64,000 nucleotides of DNA from Pseudogymnoascus verrucosus (taxonomy: Eukaryota). The DNA is taken from NCBI GenBank assembly GCA_001662655.1, contig KV460209.1; one strand, given 5' to 3'. A model generated the notes under the pieces. The model was not told the origin of the DNA, made no database searches, and worked only from the letters and a program-made list of their open reading frames with translations. This document shows positions 10,831 to 21,700 of this stretch, piece after piece. The translations under genes and the position numbers were made by a program. Each line of letters begins with the position of its first letter. Position 1 is the first letter of the stretch.

Positions 10831-11600
10831 AGGGAAGAAGATCAGATTAGATGGTGAGAGAAGGAAAGAAAGAGCGGTGCGGATGACTAAGTGGAGGACA
10901 TGGTTAGTATTACCGAGTAGTGGTTAAGGTTAGTTTGGATGGAGAGTAGGGGTATGAGTATGGGTATGGGTAAGGGTATGGATGTATTATAGGATAGTGT
11001 CTGTGGGTTGTGGATTTGATGGGTTGTGGTGGTGGATGAGGATGAATGGGTGGGTGATGGATGGGATGATGAGAAAGAGCTAGAGCTAGAGACAAATGAT
11101 GATGATGCCCGAAGTGGAGCAAACAAGCGCGTATGTGTGTGAAGGGATTTTTCTTTTGGCTTGTGAGAAGAGCGTGGGAGACGGAAGTGGGAGTGGGAGT
11201 GAGAGTGGAAGACAGCGAGACTGGTGAGTGGAAGGAAGAGAGGAAGAAGAGAGGGATGATCACCGGGTTGTGTGTTTGTGTGTGTTAACAAGGTGTAAAA
11301 GTAGCGTAAGAAGTGTAGTAGGATGGTGGTGAGAGTCGTGGGGGTGAATGTAGAGCGAGGGAGGGATGGAGTGAAGACTGACTATAGTAGACTGGAGTTA
11401 TAGTTGGACTAGTAGAGCTATAGTGTAAATAGGGCGTAGAGCGAGAGAGACAAGAGAGTTTGTTAGCTACGACGGTGTGTGTTTGAGCATGTTCGTTTCT
11501 GTTCTGTCGTGGTGGTTCGGCCCCTCATGGCGTCGTCTCATGCCGCGTTCTCGCATCCCAACCCTTCCTTCCCGTCCCATCTAATCTGATCTTCTTCCCT
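10831..11600. repeat. Perfect 24-bp inverted repeat (arms 10831-10854 and 11577-11600)
   Basis: agggaagaagatcagattagatgg is the exact reverse complement of ccatctaatctgatcttcttccct. The spacer is 722 nt. Confidence 0.9.
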
Positions 11601-11798
11601 GTTCTTTCCCTTGTTGTGGAGGGGGGGTGGTGGTGGGTGGAGCAGTGGTGGACTAGGGGAGTGATGAACAGGTAACAGGGAGGAGGGATGGGAGTGGACA
11701 GGGTGGATGGGAGGGAGGAGAGGTGCAGAGTCAAATATGTACATCATCCCCTTGTACATACATGATGTGCTTTTTCCTAAAACATGTATGTAGTAAGA

Positions 11799-11854
11799 TG
11801 TGCAGTTATGTGCAGTTTCGCGTGGGATGTGCAGTTCTGTGCAGCTCTGTGCAG
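11799..11854 (+). repeat. Five TGTGCAG copies
   Basis: Starts at 11799, 11809, 11828, 11838 and 11848. Confidence 0.8.
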
Positions 11855-12837
11855 TAGAAGGTGTAATCGACTCGGGGATGTGAACGGGGAGAGCGACTCT
11901 GTGCATACTGTACCATATGATGTGAACGGGGAGAGAAGCCGGTGGGTAGGTGAGGGTAGGGGGGAAGGAGGGCTTGGGAGGTTGGCGGGCTGGTGGGTGG
12001 TACTCGAGGTGGAAGTAGAGGGGTAGAAGGTGGGGGTAGACGAGAGGAGAGAGAGAGGGGTGTGTGTTCGGAGTAGCAGCGAGGGAGTGGGGAGCGGAGA
12101 GTGGAGAGCGGAGTGGAGGGGGTGGAGCGGAGAGAGAGTGGAGAGTGGAGAGTGGAGAAGTGAGAGGAAGGGGAGTAGTGAGGCGAGAGAGTAGAGTAGA
12201 GTAGGGGTAGGGGCGGGAGTGAGGGAGTATTGCCGTAGTAGTGGTGATGTAGGGCTAGTACTGGCGGCAGAGAGAGAGGCATTTTTAGGAGTGGTGGTTG
12301 TCTGACTTGTCTTGTGTGCCTTGTCGTCTAGTCTAGTATATCATGGTATAGCCACCTGATGATGGATGGCCCATCGACCTGATGAGAGAGCCGAGAAAGG
12401 AGGTAGGGGGGAAGGAGGGTAAGGGTTGAGTTGACGGGTGAGGGTATGATGAGGGAAGGGTAGATGGGTAAGGGTAGTAGACGGGTAAGGGTATGATGAA
12501 GGGTTGAAGGGTCGACGACGGGCGGGTAAGGGCAAGGGTATGTGAGGGAGGGTATGAAGCCAGACAGGCAGACAGACACACAGAATAGTCCGTTGATGGG
12601 TAGGTAGGTGGGTAGACAGTCGATGGGTAAGGGAAGAAGGGACGAAGGGAAGGAAGGGTAAAAGGGTAGAGCGGATCATACCTCACACCACCACATGGCT
12701 TGCACGGTTTGTGTGTGTTCTATGTGTGTTCCTGCTGTGCCACCTTGACTGCAGTATCTATCGCCCATCATCATCGCTCATCCTTATTGCTTCTTCTTCT
12801 GTGTGTTACTGTCTTTCTTCCTGCTGTGTTACTATCC

Positions 12838-12863
12838 TGTCTGTCTGTCTGTCTGTCTGTCTG
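12838..12863 (+). repeat. (TGTC)n microsatellite
   Basis: tgtctgtctgtctgtctgtctgtctg. Confidence 0.8.
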
Positions 12864-13302
12864 TATGTCTGCCTCATGTTGCTGTATGTCTTGATTACAC
12901 GTGGAGTGGGAGTGATTTAATGTCTCACATGCCCTTTCTACCTGCTAACCGCTACTTGCAACCCGGATGTCGTGCGGTAGGAGTGCGGCAGTTGCCATTA
13001 CTCATTCCCATCTGTGTGAGTTGCCCGTGCCGTGACTGTGTGTGTGTGCGTGAGTGTTCGCGCCTTCCCTTCCCACTGCCACTTCCTTCCTCTACCCACC
13101 ACCACATCCTCTCCCACACGCGTCTTTGTCGTCGTCGTCTCTCTCTCCACTCTCCCCTCCGATGCCGCCCGGTCCAATTCCTTGGCTCTTGGCCTTTCAT
13201 TCAAGGTATGGGTAGAGTAGCCGTCCTAGCCCTTACAGCAACCCTTAAACCCTCCTTGTCTCCACTCTCTTAACCCTCTTGTCTCCACTTCCTCTTCGCA
13301 CC

Positions 13303-13441
13303 ATCTGATTAAGTACGGAATTTCAATCTGATTAGGGAGGATACGACTCTACGGCGTCTACTTCCTCCTAATGTACATCTGATTACTCCTTCTTGTGGAG
13401 TAGTTTACATCTGATTACCCTCCTCCCATCCAATCTGATTA
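13303..13441 (+). promoter_or_regulatory. Cluster of five ATCTGATTA motifs (SreA/Sre1-like iron-repression GATA elements)
   Basis: Exact copies at 13303, 13326, 13377, 13409 and 13433. Each is one mismatch from the SreA consensus ATCWGATAA and lies between two siderophore genes. Confidence 0.7.
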
Positions 13442-14071
13442 GAATAAGGCCGTGGACCCTATTATTGTCGGACCCATCATCGTCAATCCACCGTCACCGT
13501 CAATCAATCCACCGCCGTCAATCCATCCACCCACGAATCCATAACCCACCCCGTCCATACTATACAGCACATACACACCCATCCATCTATCCATCCAGTC
13601 CTATACCGCCCTCCCACCCCGTATCCCGGCACAGAAAGTACTTTACTTTACTTCCTTCCGTGATAAAATGAGGTCAGATGGGGTCATATGAGAGCTGATC
13701 GGCCGGATAGATCAGGAAGGAAAGCCGGTCTAGCCTTGGGGGATACATCGGATACATGGGTAGGGTTGACGTTTACTCTATAACTGCTGCACATACACAC
13801 ACATACATACATACATAACACACATAATACACACACACAACCAACCACCTACAATCCACCCACCACCACCACCACCACCACACCAACCACACACCCCCAT
13901 CTTCACAACAACCAACAACCCAAACCCAACCCCTGCCACGATCACACCTCCTTTCCCCCCTCCACCTTCCACACTTCCTCCCCCCTCCACCCCTAAACCA
14001 CTCACGCAACCCTTCCACCCCCCCTCGGTGAAGAATCTTCCCTGTCAAACCCCTTCCCCGTTCCTGGACTA

Positions 14072-14088
14072 ATCTGATGATCTGATAA
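14072..14088 (+). promoter_or_regulatory. Consensus SreA site ATCTGATAA (14080-14088) overlapping ATCTGATGA (14072-14080)
   Basis: Sequence aatctgatgatctgataaga. Confidence 0.7.
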
Positions 14089-15744
14089 GATTTCTTCACC
14101 TTGGCGAAACCCGCTCCCGCCCCACCCCGGTCTCCACTCCCGCCCTTGCTTCCACCTTACTACAGTACACCTGCGTTTTTTCTCGCTTGCACGCGCCTTG
14201 TATGTGTAGTTAGGTCTTGGGATACCCCCCACTCCGCTTCCGTCTCTTTCTCGCCCGCGGTCGCTTTTGAACGACTACTACTACGGAGTGTGCTGGTATG
14301 GTAGAAACTTACTTACCGCCGGACGAGGAGAAGGGAAGTACCGAGGACGGGCGGAATGGGCGTGTGGACTGTGAAGTGTGAAGTGTGAGGTGCCAGGTTT
14401 TTTTTTACCCCTCTACTATCCTTAGCTACCCTTAGCTACCCTCACCCTCACCTTTACTTTACTTTACCCCTCCACAGCTACGTCCACACGACTACCGGCA
14501 CACCTTCCTCTTCAATACGCGGCTGCACCAAAAATGCGCCTAGATGCATACAATTATGCTCTCTTTACTGGGCACACACCCTGCACCTTCCTTGAGCATT
14601 CAATCACATCACACCTTTCATTGCAGTACTGTGCTGCTGCCTTCACAGCCACCTCCATCACAGCCATCACAGCCATCACCACCACCTCAATCATCCACAC
14701 CACCACCCACCACCACCCACCACAACCTCCATCAGCCACCAGCCACTATCCAACTCCCCACCACCATCATCCATCAATCATCTCCCATCACCTTCATTAA
14801 TCACTCTTTACTACTATCACCAACAAACTAACTCAACTCCAACTCCCAGTAAGCCTTGCCACTGCTTGTACTCCTCACTAGTGGGGTGGCTCTTAGTGGG
14901 GTTAAGTTAGCTCCATTACTCCATTAGTGGGAATGCCTCATCATTCATTCACAGCTTCATCCCACTTTCATCCCACCTCTCTCCCATTCATACTCCACTC
15001 CCTCACATCTCCCTCCTCCCCTCCCATCCCATCCCCATCATAGGTTCCCATCCCACCTCCTCCTTCCCCCTTCAGCTTCCATCACACTCCCATCACCGCG
15101 CATCGCATCACTAGCCGCCCATCTTCCTTTTCTTTTTCCCTTGGGGCCCGGGACCTGACCGAACCTTCTCATAGCCTCACAGCATCACCCCACCCTATTA
15201 CACTCCATAACTCCTCCTGCCCATCCCATCCCATCGCATCACATCTCCCGCCTTGCATGTGCCGCCTCCCATCCCACCCACCTATCCCTAACCCACTCCC
15301 CCCCTGCAGAACCCTAATGGAGTCCCAGTCCCCAAGGTGACCGGCGACGAACCGATCGATCACTGATCATCGGTGATGATTCATCCCGGACGACCCTCAA
15401 ACAAACCCTCACCCTCACCCTCACACCCAAACTATCCCTCCCCCATCCACACTCTCTACAGTCAGAAAACAAACAAACCGGTGTTCCACGCGAAGCGCAA
15501 ATAACAGAAAAAAAGCTGTCTCACACACAGCCCACCGCGCCCAGACAAATCTCACTTACAGCCCCCATTACATTGCATCCCCAAACCCCTCCATCCTATC
15601 CATTCATTTTATCACATATTACAAAAACCGCCGATGCATGTTTCTGTCTCACGTTACACCCTTCCCTCTTTGACCTCGCATCAATCCATACCTAACACCC
15701 GCTGCTGAGACACCTAACCGCCACACCCACCAAAAGCCCCAATA

Positions 15745-18700
15745 ATGCCCGCCCTCTCCATCCTCAACCCCGACCCGCCTCTCCTCCCCGGGCCGGGCCT
15801 GCTACACGATCTTGTGAGCTGGGACGACGCTGGTGATGCACCCGCCCTCGACTTCCTCGGTCCCGAAGGGTCGGATGAGCGGTACAGCTACACCTACTCC
15901 GAGCTGCAACGCTGCGTAGCTAGCCTAGCTGCAACACTACATGAGACTCTCAGATCCTCTTCCTCCTCTAGACAACAAGGGGACCCTGACACCGCAGCCA
16001 GCAGACCCCAGCTCATCATCCCCCTGCTAATCCCGCAGTCCCCAGCGCTCTACATCGCGCAGCTAGCCGCGCTGCAGGTCGGCGCGGCGTTCTGCCCGAT
16101 CAATCTCGACGCGCCTAGGGAGCGTATCAAGTTTATTGCTGGGGATGTTAAGGCGGAGGTTATCATATCGACGCGCGATAATGGTGTTGCTGTCACGTGG
16201 GAGGGGGGCCCGATTCCTATTTTGATAGATGAGCATTTCCCAACCCCCCCCGAACTGGTGGACCTTCCCCCTTTTCCGGAGACGACTACGACGGCGTCGT
16301 TGGCGTATGTGATGTACACTTCCGGCTCGACGGGTCTTCCAAAGGGGGTGGGTGTCAGTCATCGTGCGGCGACGCAGTCGTTACTCGCGCATGAGGTTCT
16401 CATACCGACGTTCTCGCGCTTCCTCCAGTTCGCTGCGCCCTCCTTCGACGTCTCGGTGTTTGAGATCTTCTTCCCCCTCTTTAGGAGGGCCACGCTGATA
16501 GCCTGCCATCGCGAGAGGCTCCTGAATGATCTCCCTGGGACTATCAATCTTATGGAAGTCGACGGATGCGAGTTAACTCCCACAGTCGTCGGATCGCTGC
16601 TCCTCCGCCGCTCCAACGTGCCGGGGTTGAAGTTGCTACTGACGATTGGGGAGATGCTTACGAGGCCTGTTGTGGACGAGTTTGGGGAAGCGGAGGGGAG
16701 GGTAGGGATGTTGTATGGCATGTACGGACCCACGGAGGCGGCGATACATTGCACGGCATACACCAACATGGCTGCCGGCTCCAAAGTCGGTAACATAGGA
16801 CGCCCATTCTCAACCGTCTCCTGCTTCATCGCTGCCATCCCCGACCCCGCCGTCCCTTCCAGCGCAGAGACGCTGGATATCCTCCCCCTCGGCGAAGTGG
16901 GCGAGCTGGTGCTGGGAGGAACGCAGTTGGCGGATGGGTATCTGAATCGTGAGAAAGAAAACAAAGCCGCGTTCGTGACTTACAACAACTCCCCCGCCTA
17001 CCGTACCGGCGACAAGGGGAGGATACTAGACGACGGCACGATAGAAGTCATGGGCCGCATCAGCGCTGGCCAAGTCAAATTACGCGGTCAGCGCGTGGAG
17101 CTCGGCGAGATCGAGGAGGTGGTGTATAAACACCCGGGCATCGAACTCGCCTTTGCGAGCGTGCTGGAGGGGATGTTGATCATCTTCGCGCGTGCCGGAA
17201 AGGGGGAAGACGTCGTGGTGGAGGATGTGGTGGAGACCTGCGAGCAATGGCTTCCCCGCTACATGGTCCCCAGCGAAATCGTCATCATGGCAGAATTCCC
17301 CTACCTCCCTTCTGGAAAAATCGACAAGAAGAAGTTGGAAGCTGAGTACCTCCGTACCCGTGCCGACGAAGATGGTGCGGACGAGGGGGGAGTGGTTAGG
17401 GAGACGGAGAAGATTGTGGGGAGGGCGCTGATGACGCTGTTGAAAGTCCGCGTTAACCCCACGAAGCGCCTCGCTACTTATGGTCTCGATTCCCTGACTG
17501 CCATCCGTCTTGCATCGCATCTCCGGAGCGCGAGACTACGGATATCAGCCGTGGAGATCTTGGAGGCGGAGACGGCGAGGGAGATTGCGAGGGTGTGTGA
17601 GGAGCGTCTGAGTCAACCCGATGCCACCTCCCAGGCCCCCGAGGTGTTCGATTTCTCCGTCCTTGAAGGGCCGGTGACAGAGGTGCTGGCGGAGATGGGC
17701 GTGACCGAGGCGTTTGACGAGGTGTTGCCGTGTACGCCGCTGCAGGATGCTATGTTACTCGAGACGGCTGTTGATCCGGTTGCGTATTGTAATTATATTG
17801 AGCTGCGCATCAACGACGTCGACACGCATCGGGTTGCTGATGCGTTGAGGGAGTTGGCGAGGCATAACCCGTTGCTGAGAACGGGGTTCGTGGAGTGTGA
17901 AAGCGAGTGGAGCGCTTTTTCGCAGGTTGTGTGGCCTGCCCTGGCAGCGGATCAGATTGTTATTACTGATGAGTCTGGAGACGAGAGGATGGACGACGAT
18001 AGGGGCGGGTTGGAGATGTTGAGGCCGATACGGATGAGGGTTTGTCCAGTCGAGAGGGGGGTGGTAGTGAGAGCGGATATTCATCATGCGCTTTATGATG
18101 GGTGGAGTTTGGAGTTGGTTATCAGGGATTTGGAGACTATACTGTCTTCCTCCTTACCATCTACCTTCACCTCCGCCTCCTCACCAGACAACAACGACAA
18201 CGACACCAAACCCATCAGCACCATCCTCACACCCCGCCCCCCATTCCGCGCTATCGTCGAACACACACTCCGCCTCGCCACGAGATCAATGGAGAAGGAG
18301 AGGCAGTACTGGAAAGATCACCTCGCGCACTTCTCACCCGGCTCATTGCCGTCTTTTCACTCTAACGTTGGTGTGGCGCGGGGGTTGGATATCGTCGGCC
18401 ATATGACGGCTATTTCCACCTCCGCACTGGAGAAATCCGCTGCCCTTGCGGGAGTTAATAGCCAGGCGATGGCGCAGACTGCATACGCTCTCGTCCTATC
18501 AGCTTACCTCGGATCGAAAGATATATGTTTCGGCTCCGTCTTCTCAGGCCGCTCAGCGGATGTAGAAGGGATCGAAGAGATTGCAGGGCCGTGTATTGCG
18601 ACGTTGCCGGTGAGGATTAATATCGGGAATGGAACTGTGGGGGGTGTTATGGCGGAAATGCAGAGGGTGGGGAGGAGGCATATGGAGAATGAGGGGTTGG

Positions 18701-21700
18701 GGTTGAGAGAGATACAAGGGTTGGTGGAGGCGGAAGGGGGGGTGTTTGATACGTTGGTTATTTGGCAGCAGAGCCTCGCTGATGATTCTGATGACGTGGT
18801 GGTGGGGGGTAAGGGGAAGAGGGTACAGTTGGTAAAAGCGAGGGATTACCTCGAGTTCGCATTAACTCTCGAAATCACCCCTGCCGCTGGGGAGGGGAAG
18901 GTAAGGTTCGATGCTAACTACCAGACTGCGATCTTTGGACGGGAGATGATAGAGGTGTTGTTGAGACAGGTGGAGGGGGTGTTGGGGGCGTTTATGAGGG
19001 ATGGGATGGAGGCGGGTGTTGAGGGAATTTTTGGGGGGGTGGAGGGAGAGGGGGTTATGGCTGTTTTTGAGCGGGGGGTAGGTGGTGAGTTGAGTTTATT
19101 GGCTGCTGCTAATGGTGAAGACGGTGGGGGAGTTACAGCGGTGGGGGGTAAGTCGAAGGTAAGGGGTAATAGGAGGGCGAATGCGATTGCACGACTGGTT
19201 ACCGGAAGAGACGACGTCGAGGTAACCCTCCAGCAATCTATTGGGGGGAAGGTAAGAGGCTACCTCGGACGTGTCGGGCGGGGGATTAAGGTCCTCGTCA
19301 TCGCACCTCAGTTGGAGGATGATGTGGTCCTCCTCCCTCTCGGCGCAGAAGGCGAGCTCTGCATCTCAGGCGCCTCCTTGGGTGAGGGCGATATCGAGAT
19401 TGACGGGACGGAGTGGGTGGATTGTGGTCCTGTGCATGGGATGCTCCTACGCACGGAGGATTTGGTGAGACTCCTTCCTGGTGGTGAAGTTATCTACCGT
19501 GGGAGAAAGGGGGAGGAAGCTTTGGTTAGGGGACAGAGAGTTGATGTGGGGATGGTTGAAGGGGTTGTGCTTTCTCACCCCGCTGTTGGGGGTGGGGAGT
19601 GTACGACGGTGTTGGTGGGGGAGGGGAGGTTGGTGAGTTTCTTTACCCCTGTTGATGCGGATAGTGGGGAGGGGGACTTTAAAATCCTAGATGCCCAGCG
19701 CGACGTGCTGGAAGGGATTTACGCCGATCTAGACGCCGCTGTGCCTTCGTACGCTGTGCCGGTCTCGATTGTACCCGTTTCTTCCCTCCCTGTCACTGTG
19801 GAGGGGGATATTGACACGGAGAAGCTCAAAGCTGCATACGCGACACTCACACCCAACCAGCTGGCGCAATTCGCCAACCCCTCCGCCTCAACAGCGGAAT
19901 ACACATGGACACCTCTTGAATCCATTATCCTCTCTGCCGTGTCTTCAGTGGCTAAATCCCCAGAAGCGGTGATAAAACCGAATACACCATTTGCAGCGCT
20001 GGGGATTGATTCGATAGCTGCGATTGGGCTGGTGAGGGAACTTAAGGAAGTGGGGGTGAAGACGGATGTTGGGGGGGTGTTGAGGTTTGGGACTGTGAGG
20101 AGGTTGGGAGGGTGGGTTGAGGGGGAGAGGGCTAAGGCCGAGGAGGCGAAGGTGATAGAAGATAAAGAACTGGGAGTGGGAGGGCTCCCGACGCCTGAGG
20201 AGATTATCTTCGAGCCGACACTGGTAGATGAGGTTCGCAACGCTGTCGCACGGCGCGGATGGACTGTGGAGAGGGTGTTGCCGTGTACGCCGCTGCAGGA
20301 GGCTATGCTTGCTGCCAGCGAACTGGCTTCTGTCAGCGAACCCTCTACCGCTGAGCACTCGTCAGCTGTCGTTGGTGACCCATCGACTGGCGACAAGGAG
20401 GAGGGGGCGTACGTCAACCGCGTCCTCCTCTCCCTATCTGTCAGCATCGAACAGGTTGAAGAAGCGTGGCGCGAGATGGTGAAGAGACATGAGATTCTAA
20501 GGACTTGTTTTGTGAGGGCTGGACATGCGAGGTATGCGTTTTGTCAGGTTGTCCTTGGAGGGTACGAGCATGAGAGTAGGGTTGTTGAAGTCGCCGACGC
20601 TGCGGGGGTGGAGGGTGTGATGACCCGCGGAGTGAGCTGGCAAGTCGAGGGGAAGGGAGAGGGAGGGGGAGAGGTCAGGCCGCCGTATGAGTTGACGTAT
20701 ACCCGCGTCGCGGGTGGGGACGGCGGGGTGAAGTTGGTCCTAGCGATGCATCATGCGCTTTATGATGGGTTTGCGATGGGTGTTCTTTATGACGAGATGG
20801 AGACGTATTTGAGAGGGGGGGAGTTGAGGGAGGCGGTGGGGTTTGCGCCGTTTCTGAGGTATATGAGTGGTGTTGATGCCGGGAAGGCGGATGGGCACTG
20901 GAAGGGGTTGTTGGGTAATTTCAACCCTGTCGCTTTTACACCACCGTCAGAGGAGGTAGGGGAGAGAGGGGTGAAGACAGAGAGTGTAGAAGAGGTGCAG
21001 AGGCAAAACCACGTCTTGACGATACCGCTATCCATGAGCTTAACGGATATCGAAGAGAGACTAGCCCACAACGACGCATCCCTCCTCTCAGTCTGCCAAA
21101 CAGCCTGGGCCGCCCTCCTCGCCCGCCGCACCTCAAGCACAGATATCTGCCTCGGCAGCGTCGTGAGCGGACGCACCGTCCCTGTTGAAGGCTTGAATCG
21201 ACTCGTCGCGCCTTGTTTTAATACTATCCCCTTTCGGCTCCGGAATCTCCACAGATTAAGCTATTTAGAAGCGTTCCGAGCCTTGCAAGAACAGAATGTC
21301 GAGGCGGTACCGTGGCAGATGACTGGGCTGCGGAGAGTACAAGCCCTCGCTGGGGTGGAGGGGGGTGAGGGGCTGTTTGATACTCTCATCCTCGTCCAGA
21401 CGCCGGAACGGGAGATGGACGACAAGGTGTGGAGGGTGGAGGAGGATAGAGGGGGTATGGACTTTCCGGTTGTGGTGGAGATTGTACCCCGCCCGGGGAA
21501 GGGGAGTGGTGGGGTGTTGGAGGTTACCCTGCATGTACATGACCTCCCACTGGGGAGGGAGGAGGTGAGGGCGGTGTTGGAGAAATTCGATAGGTTTCTG
21601 AGGATTGCGCTGCTGGAGCCGAGGGAGCAAATCGTACCGGGTGGGTTGAAGAGTAAGTGGGCTGCTAAGATGGCGGAGAGACGAGATGCCAGATCCCACC

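Larger units (their letters stand above)
10267..15744. promoter_or_regulatory. 5.5-kb divergent regulatory region shared by sidA and the NRPS
   Basis: No credible coding ORF. Purine/G-rich on + near sidA and C-rich near the NRPS. Contains multiple ATCWGATWA sites, microsatellites and candidate splice signals. Confidence 0.75.

Noticed and set aside
13303..13441. Repeat-spacer pattern as a CRISPR array
   Set aside because: Repeats are only 9 bp, spacers are irregular, there are no cas genes and the genome is eukaryotic. Better explained as GATA sites.
10300..15400. Many short ORFs in the sidA-NRPS spacer
   Set aside because: Low-complexity translations (Pro/Ser/His/Leu) arising from skewed, stop-poor sequence, with no domains.
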